Assembly: GCA_036679605.1 (NCBI GenBank)
Contig: JAZDCZ010000218.1
Span: forward strand, 34,318 to 98,317
Source: Gemmatimonadota bacterium
GTDB taxonomy: Bacteria; Gemmatimonadota; Gemmatimonadetes; Gemmatimonadales; GWC2-71-9
DNA: 64,000 bases
Reading direction: 5' to 3'
Position numbers and translations under genes: made by a program. Under the pieces are notes generated by a model. The model was not told the origin of the DNA. It was given only the letters and a program-made list of their open reading frames with translations, and did not search any database. Positions 38,792 to 50,262 of this stretch are shown piece by piece. Positions within the stretch are counted from its first letter, which is position 1. Each line of letters begins with the position of its first letter.

Positions 38792-39927
38792 GCCGCCTCC
38801 TGGGCTAACTTGACCGCCTGCTCGACTGCCTCGTCCATGTCCGTCAACGCCTTGAAGCCCGCCTTCCGAAGGATGTCTAGTGCCAGAGTTTCGTTGGTTC
38901 CCGTTAACCTTATTACGATCGGTAAATCGATCTCGATTTCGTTGGTAGCAGCTACGATTCCGTTAGCAACATCGTCGCAGCGCGTTATGCCTCCAAAGAT
39001 ATTGAAGAGAATGGATTTTACATCTTTATCACTCGTAATGATCTTCAGCGCTGTTACGACTTTCTGGGGATTGCTACTCCCGCCGATATCGAGGAAGTTC
39101 GCCGGCTCGCCGCCGTAGTACTTCACCAGATCCATCGTGGCCATTGCCAACCCAGCTCCATTGACGCAACACCCCACACTTCCGCTCAGCTTGACGTAGG
39201 AAAGTCCAGCCTCTCGTGCGTCGACCTCCGCTGGATCCTCCGATGAAACATCTCTCAGCTCGGCGATTCCCGGCTCGCGATCTAGCTCGTTGTCGTCAAC
39301 TACGATTTTTGCGTCCAGCGCCACTACTCTGCCCTCTGGAGTCGTTATCAACGGATTGATTTCTGCCAACGATGCTCCGACATCGAGGAATATCGCATAG
39401 AGCTGTCGCATTATGGTGGCGGCCTGTCTTGCTTGCTTGACATCGCCGTACAGCTTGAAAGCCAGACCCATTGCCTGATGAGGCAATAATCCGTATCGGG
39501 GGTCGATCACCTGTTTGAAGATCTTTTCCGGAGTTTGGGCGGCGACCTCCTCGATGTCCACTCCGCCGGCAGGGCTGACCATCACCACCGCACTCTCTGA
39601 TGCTCGATCCACAATCACTCCGACATAGCTCTCAGTAGCAATCTGTTCCGTCGGAACCACTAGGACTTTCTCGACAGTCAGACCCTTGATCTGCATGCCG
39701 AGGATCTCCGCAGCATAAGACCTAGCTTCCTTGGCATTCTCCGCCACTTTGACTCCTCCCGCCTTCCCTCGACCTCCAGTATGTACCTGTGCCTTTACTA
39801 CTACGGATCCGCCGAGTCGATTTGCAATCGTCTGAGCTTCATCCGCTGTGATAGCCACCTCACCGTCCGGCACCGGGATCCCTCCGCTACGCAACAAGAG
39901 ACGCGCCTGATATTCATGCAAATTCAC
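38788..39927 (-). CDS. sucC: Succinyl-CoA synthetase beta subunit
   Basis: [49 protein letters not shown]. Confidence 0.98.
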   Translation of the reverse strand: MNLHEYQARLLLRSGGIPVPDGEVAITADEAQTIANRLGGSVVVKAQVHTGGRGKAGGVKVAENAKEARSYAAEILGMQIKGLTVEKVLVVPTEQIATESYVGVIVDRASESAVVMVSPAGGVDIEEVAAQTPEKIFKQVIDPRYGLLPHQAMGLAFKLYGDVKQARQAATIMRQLYAIFLDVGASLAEINPLITTPEGRVVALDAKIVVDDNELDREPGIAELRDVSSEDPAEVDAREAGLSYVKLSGSVGCCVNGAGLAMATMDLVKYYGGEPANFLDIGGSSNPQKVVTALKIITSDKDVKSILFNIFGGITRCDDVANGIVAATNEIEIDLPIVIRLTGTNETLALDILRKAGFKALTDMDEAVEQAVKLAQEAA

Positions 39928-40881
39928 TCAACCATCTCCTATGATTATTGTTCCGGTCTCACCGCGCATTGCCTCAAGACCCTCAACCAGATGAGCAATG
40001 ATCGCGCACTTGCCACCGCCACCCACGAAATGCACCGCTGCCTCCACCTTGGGTCTCATGCTACCACGTCCCAGACTATCACCAGCTAGCAGAGCCTCGG
40101 CTTCCTCCAACCGCAACCTCTCCAGTCGCCGCTGGCCCTCCGTTCCCCAACCGTCGTACACTCCGTCAACGTTGGTGAGGATCAGTAGCCGATCCGCTCC
40201 TAGCCTGCATCCAAGTACCGCAGCCACCCGGTCCTTGTCCACTACGGCGTCTACACCCTCCCATCTTCCAGTCGTATCGCGGTAGACCGGCGGGCCACCT
40301 CCTCCTGCTGCGATCACAATTTTACCACTCAATACCAATTCCTTTACCGCCTCGGCCTCGACGACATCGTCGACCTCCGGACTCGGCGCAAGCCTCCGCA
40401 AGCGCCCTGCCCCATCACGACCCACGGCTACCCCGCGCGCAGCCAGCTCAGCAGATTCGCCCTCACTCAAGGTGTTGCCGATCGGTTTCCTTGGCTCCCT
40501 AAAGGACGGGCCGTCATCACTCACGACCGTCTGTGTTATGACGGTCAGCACCTCTCTGTCCACGGCGGCGGCCGCCAGTGCGTTTTGCAGAGACTGCTGC
40601 ATCATATATCCTATCCACCCTGCAGTGGAAGCAACCAGTACACCTAGTGGAAGAGGTTCAACCTGGTTGCGCGCCAGCTCGTTGCGCTCAAGAGCATTGC
40701 CCACCTGCGGACCATTGCCATGTACTATGGCGATGCGCCACCCGTCACTTGCCAACTTCACCACTGAGGAGAGCGATTGTCTGGTATGGCGAAACTGATC
40801 ATGTATGGTGACCCGCTCACCCTGCGGCGCGAGCGCGTTGCCACCAACAGCAATTACTATGGTTCCTGGCGGTGAAGACAC
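39928..40881 (-). CDS. arcC: Carbamate kinase
   Basis: IAVGGNAL, HGNGPQVG, PRKPIG, AAGGGG.PV, AVVDKD, GSMRPKVEAA. Confidence 0.93.
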   Translation of the reverse strand: MSSPPGTIVIAVGGNALAPQGERVTIHDQFRHTRQSLSSVVKLASDGWRIAIVHGNGPQVGNALERNELARNQVEPLPLGVLVASTAGWIGYMMQQSLQNALAAAAVDREVLTVITQTVVSDDGPSFREPRKPIGNTLSEGESAELAARGVAVGRDGAGRLRRLAPSPEVDDVVEAEAVKELVLSGKIVIAAGGGGPPVYRDTTGRWEGVDAVVDKDRVAAVLGCRLGADRLLILTNVDGVYDGWGTEGQRRLERLRLEEAEALLAGDSLGRGSMRPKVEAAVHFVGGGGKCAIIAHLVEGLEAMRGETGTIIIGDG

Positions 40882-40924
40882 GAGGGGTACAAGCTACCGC
40901 GTTCGCATAGCCCCATCAACCCGA

Positions 40925-43483
40925 CTAACGAAACTGCTTTTGCCCTCCGTCCAGGATGGCCTTGAGCGCTTCATACGCCTTTCCGAACGCCTCCCAATCG
41001 CCATCCCGTCTCGCACGATCCATCCTCTCAAACCACATGCGAGCCTCGGTCCACTGGGTACCCGCAATACCTCTCGACCTCAATTGCGCTTGCCCTACGC
41101 GCTCCACTGCCGCCTCCAGCGTCCCGCCTCTCTCCACCACTGCACCCCACGCCAGGATCACGTCAGTCAGCCTGACCACCGCGTCATCGCTGGGTGACGA
41201 ATACGAGGATTGTACTAACAGGACCTCGTCGTCCACGAGAGCGATTTTTATTGGACCAGCAATAGAGTTTTCGACACTGCGCACTCGCGCAAATTGCTGA
41301 ACCAACTGAGACGGACCGGGAATCCCGGATCGTGAATCGAAGCGCACGATACCGAGGACGGCCTTTCCATCGACCATAGAACCTTCGACCAGACCTGCTA
41401 GTATGGGCGGTTCTCCCCATTCGACCGCGGCACTCAACCTTTGCCGCGGCAACGGGTCTGCCAAACCGCGTCCGAACCACCAAAACGGCTCTACTTTACG
41501 ACTAACCCTAGCGGTCAACGCTCCTCGCTGGTCTCCACCAAAGTCGATTTCTCTCAGCAACTCCACCTGTATGGCGAAAAGCTCCTCCGGATACTGCAGG
41601 TGCTGCAGTACAAACTTCGGCAGGCGATCGGGTGAGCGCACGATGTCGGGTGCCAGACGAGCCCACGTCACACTCAATAGATCTGCGTCCGGAGCCAAGT
41701 AAACAGCCGTCTCTCCGGAACGCGCATCTACCACCCCGATCATTCCGGCACGCAAGTACCTAACCTGCTCACCGTGCCAATCCACTCGAATCGAAAACGG
41801 AAACAGTTCTGACTTTACGTATCCGTTTGACACCCAGAAGACGCGCCCGTGCGATATCACAGGCCGAGGTTTGCTGAACTCGGCAAACGGTGCGGCCCTC
41901 GACAATCGCTTGGCAACATCTCTTTCCCAGACAACGGAAGTTGTCGAAGCGACGGAGCTGATGGCCAGCCGTGGGCTTTGAAGCACCCATGCCAGAGCGA
42001 GCCGCTGCCAAAATCCCCTCGCGACTATCCCTTTAGCTTCGTCGCTCGCCGGCACCACCGCGAACTCACCGATCCCCGGAGCAAAGATCAGCTCCGGGTC
42101 AGTTAGATCTAGCTCCTTCAACTCGCCAATAGTAGAGTCCGGATGCATCAGATCCGGCACGAACTCGGGCGTTCCCAGTCCCCCTATCGCCGCTGCATGA
42201 ATCGCCACGACACCGCTCGCGTGTGTATACCGTCCGGCATGAACATCTTGCCATGACAGCTCGATATCACCGAACCTCGTCATATCCAGGCTCATCTCAC
42301 GCGTAGCCACGAACACCGGGACGAGGCTACCATCGGGACCAGGGTATGCGTCCAACTGAGGGTCAGCGTACCTAAAAGACGAACTCTGATCCGTGGCGCG
42401 CTTCAGAGTTGTCTGGAGAGCAAACGAATCCCAAACCGGCGCTCCCATCAGTCTGTCCGACTTCTGGGTTAGATCTCCTGTTTGGGGAATCGAGGCAGAT
42501 ACCAAGAGAGTGTCCCATGATATCGGCCCGAACGCCGTGCGAACAAACTGTCTCTGGGCTTCGGCCAACGACTCTACTTGAAGTTCGGTCGGCTGTCTCA
42601 CAGTTCCCGCGAATCCGGGTACGATGAAGTGTCCGACGAGCGAAACACCGGCGAGCAAAGACCAACTCGCAACTATGGGAGCAATACGACTAGTCCACAC
42701 CCACAGAAGTGACGCGCCCAGAACCACGAGTGCCAACGAACTGAGCAACCGTGCAACTGGCAGGCGTATGTCGGTCAACACTGAGTCATATGGAACGCTC
42801 GGGATTCCCGCCACATACTCCGCCGGTTCCAACCGGTAGCCCCAAAACAAAGCAAGTGCAAATGCGGCCAAGAGGACGGCCACGTGCACACGCGCCAGAT
42901 CGTTGACACGTAGTTTTCGCCCGGACCACCGCATTGCGCCCATTAGAGTGTAAAGACCGAGAGTAACTGCCAGCATAGTGCCGCAAGCAACAGTGACAAA
43001 CGAGTGAACAGTGCGCTGCCAGGGCAAACGAAACAGATAGTACGACAGCTCGCGCCCAAGAACAGGCTCCGTTATGTCAGGTGCTCCGCTTGCCAATGAA
43101 AGAGTACGGGCGTACCACCAGCTTCCCGCATCGCGACTGAGCACGGCGGCTAGGATTACTCCCAGGGTTACCAAGCCTACCGCTAAATAACTCCGAGGAA
43201 GTTCCTCAAGAATCTCCAAGTTCCCCAACCTGCGGGGCACGTGGATAGACCCTACGGCGCGGTATATGAAGTACAGATGGCCTATGCACCATAGAAGTGA
43301 CAAGGTGAACGCGGTGAAGAGTAGCGCAAATCTTAGGTTGGCGATCTCAGCATGAGGGCTTGAAAGCCCGATCGAAGCGGACCACAGCCGGTTCGCCGTC
43401 GTCACGGCCAAGAAGCGTCCGATGAGAAGAGCAAACAGCGCGGTGACGGCCGCTGCGCGGACCCATCTTCCGCGACTGCTCAT
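40925..43483 (-). CDS. UPF0182 family membrane protein
   Basis: N-terminal TM bundle, EPVLGRELSYYLFRLP, YTHASG, VDARSGE, HLQYPEELF.IQ, C-terminal GDWEAFG. Confidence 0.8.
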   Translation of the reverse strand: MSSRGRWVRAAAVTALFALLIGRFLAVTTANRLWSASIGLSSPHAEIANLRFALLFTAFTLSLLWCIGHLYFIYRAVGSIHVPRRLGNLEILEELPRSYLAVGLVTLGVILAAVLSRDAGSWWYARTLSLASGAPDITEPVLGRELSYYLFRLPWQRTVHSFVTVACGTMLAVTLGLYTLMGAMRWSGRKLRVNDLARVHVAVLLAAFALALFWGYRLEPAEYVAGIPSVPYDSVLTDIRLPVARLLSSLALVVLGASLLWVWTSRIAPIVASWSLLAGVSLVGHFIVPGFAGTVRQPTELQVESLAEAQRQFVRTAFGPISWDTLLVSASIPQTGDLTQKSDRLMGAPVWDSFALQTTLKRATDQSSSFRYADPQLDAYPGPDGSLVPVFVATREMSLDMTRFGDIELSWQDVHAGRYTHASGVVAIHAAAIGGLGTPEFVPDLMHPDSTIGELKELDLTDPELIFAPGIGEFAVVPASDEAKGIVARGFWQRLALAWVLQSPRLAISSVASTTSVVWERDVAKRLSRAAPFAEFSKPRPVISHGRVFWVSNGYVKSELFPFSIRVDWHGEQVRYLRAGMIGVVDARSGETAVYLAPDADLLSVTWARLAPDIVRSPDRLPKFVLQHLQYPEELFAIQVELLREIDFGGDQRGALTARVSRKVEPFWWFGRGLADPLPRQRLSAAVEWGEPPILAGLVEGSMVDGKAVLGIVRFDSRSGIPGPSQLVQQFARVRSVENSIAGPIKIALVDDEVLLVQSSYSSPSDDAVVRLTDVILAWGAVVERGGTLEAAVERVGQAQLRSRGIAGTQWTEARMWFERMDRARRDGDWEAFGKAYEALKAILDGGQKQFR

Positions 43484-43487
43484 CCTG

Positions 43488-44861
43488 CTAGAGTGCGATC
43501 CCCCGACCCTGCATCCAGCTCGACACCTCCCCCTGATAGGCGTCGAGCGCTTCCTGCGTCGTCGCCTCAAATCGCATTACGATGACAGGTTGGGTGTTTG
43601 AAGCGCGAATTAGGCCCCAGCCATCGGCAAAGGAAATCCGCACTCCATCGAGCGTCAAGACGTCGTACCGCTCGGCAAAATACAATGCTGCTTCTTCGAC
43701 TATCTGAGCCTGTTGCCGCTCAGAGCAGTCTATACGAATCTCGGGCGTAGCAAATGATTGAGGAAGGTCAGACAGCAGTGCCGACAGCGGGCCACCTACC
43801 CTGTCCATATAAGCCAAGAGTCTCGCCGCCGCAAAGATCGCGTCATCGTAGCCATAGTAATCGCCGCCAAAAAACATGTGCCCGCTCATCTCGCCTGCCA
43901 GTGCCGCTCCCGACTCCTTCATCTTCGCTTTGATGAGCGAGTGGCCTGTTCTCCACATCACAGGTTCCAGGCCCATCTCTGCCAATTTGTCATGGAGTAC
44001 GTTTGAGCACTTAACGTCGAAGATAACCGGCCCGGTATTACCCGTTCGCTGCACGAGATCTCGCCCAAAGAGGATTAGTAGCGTATCTCCAAAAACCACC
44101 TCGCCGGATTCGTCAACGGCTCCGATTCGATCACCGTCTCCATCAAACGCGATCCCCAACTCCGCTTCGCTTCTACGGACAGTCTCTTGAAGATCAGTGA
44201 GGTTCTCCAAGACGGTCGGGTCAGGATGATGGTTGGGAAAGTTGCCATCAGATTCACAGTACAGGGGCACTACCTGCGCACCGATTCGCGATAATATTGA
44301 CTCCGCTACCAAACTCGCTACGCCATTTCCACAGTCCACCACAACCTTCACTGGAGTCTTCAAGGGTCCGTTGAGTGAAACGACCTTGTCCGAGTACTTG
44401 CGCAGCATGGAATCATCGATTTCTACGGATCCACTACCAGAATCCAGCAACTCGTCTTCGATCAGTTTCTTGAGAAGTTGAATATCGTCACCGTATATGG
44501 CGTCACCGGCGATCACCATCTTGAGACCGTTGAATTCAGGAGGGTTATGCGAACCGGTAACCTGGATCCCGCCATCGACGTCTAGCTCGTGGAGTGCGAA
44601 GTAGAGTGCGGGAGTGGGAAGCATGCCAACGTCGACTGCTGTGCCACCCGCTGCGGCGATCCCGTCTCTAACCGCTCGACCAAGCGATTCACCGGACGGC
44701 CGATTGTCCCGTCCTACCGCTATTCGTGGATCATGCCCTGTTCTCTGTCGGGCAAGCGTGGTGACAGCTCGTCCAACGTCGCGAACCACCGCCGAGGTCA
44801 GATCCTGGTCTACGATCCCTCGTATGTCGTACTGTCGGAAGATACTGGAAGATATGTTCAT
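43488..44861 (-). CDS. Phosphomannomutase/phosphoglucomutase
   Basis: IFRQYDIRG, TGSHNPPEFNG, FPNHHPDP, FDGDGDR, GEMSGH, RASNTQP. Confidence 0.96.
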   Translation of the reverse strand: MNISSSIFRQYDIRGIVDQDLTSAVVRDVGRAVTTLARQRTGHDPRIAVGRDNRPSGESLGRAVRDGIAAAGGTAVDVGMLPTPALYFALHELDVDGGIQVTGSHNPPEFNGLKMVIAGDAIYGDDIQLLKKLIEDELLDSGSGSVEIDDSMLRKYSDKVVSLNGPLKTPVKVVVDCGNGVASLVAESILSRIGAQVVPLYCESDGNFPNHHPDPTVLENLTDLQETVRRSEAELGIAFDGDGDRIGAVDESGEVVFGDTLLILFGRDLVQRTGNTGPVIFDVKCSNVLHDKLAEMGLEPVMWRTGHSLIKAKMKESGAALAGEMSGHMFFGGDYYGYDDAIFAAARLLAYMDRVGGPLSALLSDLPQSFATPEIRIDCSERQQAQIVEEAALYFAERYDVLTLDGVRISFADGWGLIRASNTQPVIVMRFEATTQEALDAYQGEVSSWMQGRGIAL

Positions 44862-44902
44862 CGTTAATTCCGGGGATATGGATGGCCCACCGCATCACCC
44901 GC

Positions 44903-46417
44903 CTAATCGACGAGCACCTCGGCTGGCTGGACGCCCAACTCCGTCAACCCCGCTGACCCATTTTCGGCCAGACGCATAGCGCGGCCCGGCCACACTCCAA
45001 AGAGCAACAAGAGCACGGTGGCAGACAATACCACAAACCTCGCGAATCCACCAACGGTCGTATTCTCGTGCGCCCTATCCGATACAGCCGGCTTCATGTA
45101 CATCACCATTACCACCGGCAAGTAGAACCCGGCCGATACGACACTGGCTATGACCATTATCACGGCGAGGAGGCCATGTCCAGATTCGATCACCGCTGAC
45201 AAGATGAACCATTTTCCGATGAAACCGGCAGTGCCAGGAAACCCGAGAAGTGACATCATGAACACTGCCATAGCAAACGCCAACCACGGGCGTCTCGTTG
45301 CGAGGCCGCTCAGGCTATCGATACTAACCTCGCGTTCGCCATCGCGCCCGGCCGCCGCCAAGATCGCAAAGGATCCTATCGTCATCAGCGTATATGCTGC
45401 TATATAGAATATGAATGCCGCTGCGCCGAGATCGCTTCCGCTGGCGATTGCAACCAACAAGTATCCCGCATGACCGATCGAGCTATACGCAAGCATTCGC
45501 TTGAGATGCTTCTGCGCTAGGGCGATCGCGTTGCCGACGATCATTGTTACCACAGCCAGCCACCAGATCGCCCCGACCCACAGATCTCCATTGGCTCCCA
45601 GTGCGTGCAGCAGTACCCTAATGAGCGCAGCGAACCCAGCGGCCTTTACTGCAGTCGCCATGAACGCCGTTACAGGTGTCGGCGCTCCGTCATAAACATC
45701 TGGCGCCCACATATGGAATGGCACAGCTGCGATCTTGAACCCGAATCCGATCAACAAGAGACCGATGCCTGCTACCAACATCAGGTTGGACCCTAAACCC
45801 AGTTGAATGATCCGAACGTGAATGAGCGTGAGGTTCGTAGAGCCTGTTGCACCGTAGACCAAAGCGATGCCGTAAAGCAGAAAACCGCTGGCAAACGCCC
45901 CAAGAAGGAAATACTTCAACGCCGCTTCGGCTGATAGCGAGCTACTTCGGTTCACACCAACCAGCACGTATGCGGAAACCGACATTAGCTCAAGACCGAG
46001 AAAGATCACTATTAGATCGTCGCCGCCGATCATGAAGAACATCCCGATCGTGGCCAGCAATACGAGAACATAATACTCGGGAACCAAGACTCCCTCTCTG
46101 CTCAAATAGTCGAGAGAGAGCATCACTGCGAGCATGGCTCCAAGAATTACGACGAGATCCGATGCGTAGCGGAAGTTGTCGAGCGCCATCATTCCGCCAG
46201 GCTGAGCTGAGTGAGCCTCCCGAGCCCACAACCACATTACGAGGAAAGCTGTGCTGACCAGCGCCAGTAACGCGAGTTGACCCACCATCCTCTGATCTGC
46301 CAAATCTCCGTGACGCCAAGCAACCACGAGCAACAAGACCAGCGCCGCACCCGTAAGCCAGAGTTCAGGCAACAAGGCCAACAAGAACCCGCCCACACTA
46401 CCAAGGTCGATGACCAT
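44903..46417 (-). CDS. nuoN: NADH-quinone oxidoreductase subunit N
   Basis: EAALKYFLLG, FKIAAVPFHMWAPDVYDGAP, KRMLAYSSI. Confidence 0.97.
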   Translation of the reverse strand: MVIDLGSVGGFLLALLPELWLTGAALVLLLVVAWRHGDLADQRMVGQLALLALVSTAFLVMWLWAREAHSAQPGGMMALDNFRYASDLVVILGAMLAVMLSLDYLSREGVLVPEYYVLVLLATIGMFFMIGGDDLIVIFLGLELMSVSAYVLVGVNRSSSLSAEAALKYFLLGAFASGFLLYGIALVYGATGSTNLTLIHVRIIQLGLGSNLMLVAGIGLLLIGFGFKIAAVPFHMWAPDVYDGAPTPVTAFMATAVKAAGFAALIRVLLHALGANGDLWVGAIWWLAVVTMIVGNAIALAQKHLKRMLAYSSIGHAGYLLVAIASGSDLGAAAFIFYIAAYTLMTIGSFAILAAAGRDGEREVSIDSLSGLATRRPWLAFAMAVFMMSLLGFPGTAGFIGKWFILSAVIESGHGLLAVIMVIASVVSAGFYLPVVMVMYMKPAVSDRAHENTTVGGFARFVVLSATVLLLLFGVWPGRAMRLAENGSAGLTELGVQPAEVLVD

Positions 46418-47979
46418 TACTTTGCCTCCACCTCGACCGCGAACTCCGCTCCCAGCATCTCGCCCGTCTCCTGGCTCCGCACTCTCGCCACTAACGCCTC
46501 AGCCGATGCTTCAACGCGAGTCAGAATGGGAGCCGGATATATGCCAATCCAGAAAATGCATGCCACCAACGGAGCCAGCACAAGCATCTCTCGGACCGAC
46601 AGATCGGGCATACCTTCGTTCTCGGTGTTACTCGGACTATTGAAGATGATGCGTTGCAGCGACCAAAGCATATATACCGCAGCGAAAATGACCCCGGTCG
46701 TGGCGATCGCAGTTGCCCACGGATACACACCGAACGATCCGACGAGCACGAGGAATTCTCCTACGAACCCGTTCGTGCCCGGCAGTCCTATCGACGATAA
46801 GGCAACAATCGCCAACACCGCCGACAGCGCTGGTACCACCCGGGCAAGCCCACCGAACGCTGAAATCTCACGCGTGTGTCGCCGCTCATAAAGCATCCCT
46901 GCCAGAAAGAACAGAGCCCCAGTCGAAATCCCGTGGTTGATCATGATCAGTACTGCGCCCTCGACACTCTGAACGGTCAACGCCCAAATCCCGAGCATCA
47001 CAAAGCCAAGATGGCTGACCGAGGAGTACGCCACCAGCTTCTTGAAATCGGGCTGTACCATCGCCACCAACGCACCGTAGACGATGCCAACGACCGCCAA
47101 CACGACCACGATTGAGACGACCACGGAGTCCATGGCCACCCCTGGGAAAAACGGCAGAGCAAATCTCAAGAAGCCGTATGTACCCATCTTGAGTAGAACG
47201 CCGGCCAGAATGACCGATCCGGCAGTTGGAGCCTCTACGTGTGCATCCGGCAACCAGGTATGAAATGGAAAGATCGGCACCTTTATAGCGAATGCGACGG
47301 CAAACGCACCGAACAACCAGAACTTCAAGTGCTCAACTGTCTGGATATTGGCAAGCATGTCATCATATGCGAACGACACGACGCCTGTGCTGCGTACGAT
47401 CGCGTAGTAGATCGTCAGGATCGCCACCAGCATCAATAGCGAGCCCACAAACGTGTACAGAAAAAACTTGATTGCTGCGTAAATGCGTCTGCCCCCACCC
47501 CATACCCCGATAATGAAATACATCGGGATCAGCATGACCTCCCAGAACACATAGAACAAGAACAGATCCAACGCGACGAATACGCCAAGCATGCCAGCTG
47601 TGAGAACCAAGAGCAGCGCGTAGTACGAACGTTCTTGTTTGGCGATGTACTTCCAGCTGCTCAACACGGCCAATGGCATCGTGAAAGTGGTGAGAAGCAC
47701 CATGAACAAGGAGATGCCGTCGAGACCGACCCGATAATATATTCCCCAATCAGGTATCCACGGATACGCATGCTGGAACTGCCAAGCGGATGTTCCTATC
47801 TCAAACGTCCACCAGAGTGGCACCGAGATCGCAAATTCAACCATCGTTGATATTAGAGCGATCCACTTTGACTCTGCGGATGGACGTAACAGTAGAACCA
47901 GCCCGGCCAGTAGCGGGAACGCGAGCAACGCGTCGAGCACCCAGGACTCGTAACCGATCGTCGTCAGAAAGCCATTCAT
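46417..47979 (-). CDS. nuoM: NADH-quinone oxidoreductase subunit M
   Basis: LDGISL, FYVFWE, PFHTWLPDAHVEAPT, KKLVAYSSVSH. Confidence 0.97.
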   Translation of the reverse strand: MNGFLTTIGYESWVLDALLAFPLLAGLVLLLRPSAESKWIALISTMVEFAISVPLWWTFEIGTSAWQFQHAYPWIPDWGIYYRVGLDGISLFMVLLTTFTMPLAVLSSWKYIAKQERSYYALLLVLTAGMLGVFVALDLFLFYVFWEVMLIPMYFIIGVWGGGRRIYAAIKFFLYTFVGSLLMLVAILTIYYAIVRSTGVVSFAYDDMLANIQTVEHLKFWLFGAFAVAFAIKVPIFPFHTWLPDAHVEAPTAGSVILAGVLLKMGTYGFLRFALPFFPGVAMDSVVVSIVVVLAVVGIVYGALVAMVQPDFKKLVAYSSVSHLGFVMLGIWALTVQSVEGAVLIMINHGISTGALFFLAGMLYERRHTREISAFGGLARVVPALSAVLAIVALSSIGLPGTNGFVGEFLVLVGSFGVYPWATAIATTGVIFAAVYMLWSLQRIIFNSPSNTENEGMPDLSVREMLVLAPLVACIFWIGIYPAPILTRVEASAEALVARVRSQETGEMLGAEFAVEVEAK

Positions 47980-47989
47980 CGACTCACCA

Positions 47990-49969
47990 TCATGTCATCA
48001 TGAACCGGAGAAGTGCCAACGTGCCGACCACGAAAACAAAGAGATACCATCCAAGGCGCCCTGTCTGAAGAGCGCTTCCGGCAAACCCAAACACGCGCAC
48101 CGCCCAAGCGGAACCGTTTACAAGTGCGCCGTCGATGACTCCTGTGTCGAAGAACCGCCACAACACACGGCGAGAGAACCAGACCATTGGACGCACAACG
48201 ACACCGTCGTAGATTTCATCCACATACCATTTCTTGAGAAGAACGCGTCCCAGCCCCTTCTCCTCTGGAGCCTGCGCAGCTGGAAGGAGCGACTGGGGCT
48301 TGAGTAGTGTCAACGCTAGGACAATACCGCCGACGGCTATCGTCGTGGCCACACCGATCAACATCCACTCGGTGCCAGCTGAGAGATGGTGCTCCGGCAG
48401 ATAACGCGCACTCAATTCTGTGACCGGCTCAAGCCAATGTTCTAGCCATCCCGACCCGGGCAGAATGTGCGGCAGATTGATTACCCCAGCTAACACACTA
48501 CCCACACCGAGCACGACCAATGGCCCTGTCATAACCCATGGAGTTTCGCTCAGGTGCTTTCGTTCTTCCTCACCGGTCCGGTTCGGACCATGGAACGAAT
48601 ACAACATCATCCGGGTCATGTAGAATGCGGTGAGTAACGCGGCAACTGCACCAACAAACCACAGCAGATAGAAAACCGGATGTTCGCCCCCACGAACGAA
48701 CGTTGCCGCCAGTATGCCGTCTTTAGAGAAGAACCCCGAGAATCCCGGTATGCCGGCTATTGCGAGAGTGGCAATCCACATCACCGTGGCCGTCCATGGC
48801 ATAAAAGACTTGAGCCCGCCCATATTTCGCATATCTTGGGCGTCGTCTTCATTGTGGGTTTCATGGTACGCACGGTGAAGCGCATAGATCACACTGCCCG
48901 AGCCCAAAAACAAAAGCGCCTTGAAAAAGGCGTGTGTGACAAGATGAAAAATACCTGCCGAGTAGGCCCCTACGCCCACACCAAGGAACATGTAGCCCAA
49001 TTGCGATATTGTGGAATATGCCAACACTTTCTTGATATCCCATTGCTTCAACGCGATCGTCGCCGCGAACAGGGCCGTAGCCGCACCGACGCTGGCAACG
49101 ACTAGGCTCGATACCGGGGCCATAGCAAAGAGTATGTTGGTTCGTGCCACGAGGTAGACTCCGGCCGTAACCATTGTAGCTGCATGAATTAGAGCGGAGA
49201 CCGGAGTCGGCCCAGCCATCGCATCGGGTAACCATGTGTAGAGAGGGATCTGTGCCGACTTTCCGGCGCACCCTAGAAACAGAGCCAATGTGACTAGCGT
49301 GACAGTACCGCCATTTATTGCAAACGCGCGAGGGGCAGCCTCAAAAACCTCCTGAAAATCCAGGCTCCCGGTTGCCTGGAAGATCAAAAACATCGCCATG
49401 AGGAAGCCGAAGTCTCCAATTCTGTTCATGATGAACGCCTTCTTGCCGGCGTCCGCGTTCGCCTTCTCTGTGAACCAGAATCCGATCAACAGATAGCTGC
49501 ATAGACCTACCCCCTCCCAACCTACGAACATGACTGGGAAGCTCGCACCAAGTACCAGCACCAACATGAAGAACACGAAGAGGTTCAAGTAGGCGAAGTA
49601 GCGGGCGTATCCGGGATCGTCCCGCATGTAGCCCACGCTAAACACGTGGATCAGTGTGGCGACTCCGGTCACCACCATCAGCATCACTGCCGACAGTTGG
49701 TCGAGTTGAAACGCTACATCTATATGGAGATCACCTACGTGCATCCACTCCCACAAGTGCACAACAAACGGGGCAGCGGCCTGATTGTCCGCTAGCCCCA
49801 TCACCGCAGCTACTGCCGCAGCGAACGCGCCCACAAGGACACCGACACCGACAGTGCTTACAGCGCCTTTTGCCGTCGGTTTCAGGAAACTGAGCGCTAC
49901 GTTGATCAAGAAACCGACGAGCGGCAACAGCACCACCAACCATAACAATTCTACAGACCGGGGCATCAT
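47990..49969 (-). CDS. nuoL: NADH-quinone oxidoreductase subunit L
   Basis: [52 protein letters not shown]. Confidence 0.98.
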   Translation of the reverse strand: MMPRSVELLWLVVLLPLVGFLINVALSFLKPTAKGAVSTVGVGVLVGAFAAAVAAVMGLADNQAAAPFVVHLWEWMHVGDLHIDVAFQLDQLSAVMLMVVTGVATLIHVFSVGYMRDDPGYARYFAYLNLFVFFMLVLVLGASFPVMFVGWEGVGLCSYLLIGFWFTEKANADAGKKAFIMNRIGDFGFLMAMFLIFQATGSLDFQEVFEAAPRAFAINGGTVTLVTLALFLGCAGKSAQIPLYTWLPDAMAGPTPVSALIHAATMVTAGVYLVARTNILFAMAPVSSLVVASVGAATALFAATIALKQWDIKKVLAYSTISQLGYMFLGVGVGAYSAGIFHLVTHAFFKALLFLGSGSVIYALHRAYHETHNEDDAQDMRNMGGLKSFMPWTATVMWIATLAIAGIPGFSGFFSKDGILAATFVRGGEHPVFYLLWFVGAVAALLTAFYMTRMMLYSFHGPNRTGEEERKHLSETPWVMTGPLVVLGVGSVLAGVINLPHILPGSGWLEHWLEPVTELSARYLPEHHLSAGTEWMLIGVATTIAVGGIVLALTLLKPQSLLPAAQAPEEKGLGRVLLKKWYVDEIYDGVVVRPMVWFSRRVLWRFFDTGVIDGALVNGSAWAVRVFGFAGSALQTGRLGWYLFVFVVGTLALLRFMMT

Positions 49970-50262
49970 CCGCTCAGAAGATTTATTTTGTTGAGATCTA
50001 TCGTCTTCCTGTGGCGGTAGATCGCAATAATGATCGCTAGGCCCACGGCGGCCTCAGCCGCCGCCACAGCCATTACGAAGAACACGAACACTTGCCCGTC
50101 CCTACCCAACTGTTGAGCCAGTGCTACGAAAGTCAGGTTCACGGCATTTAGCATCAACTCGATGCACATGAACATGACAATCACATTCCTACGAAGCAAA
50201 ACTCCTGCGACACCGAGGCTAAACAGGATCGCCGATACTGCAAGAGCCTCTTCGAGAAACAC
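49966..50262 (-). CDS. nuoK: NADH-quinone oxidoreductase subunit K
   Basis: [24 protein letters not shown]. Confidence 0.97.
   Translation of the reverse strand: MFLEEALAVSAILFSLGVAGVLLRRNVIVMFMCIELMLNAVNLTFVALAQQLGRDGQVFVFFVMAVAAAEAAVGLAIIIAIYRHRKTIDLNKINLLSG

Noticed and set aside
47976..48161. 61-aa ORF overlapping the nuoL end
   Set aside because: Alternate frame inside nuoL with no independent support
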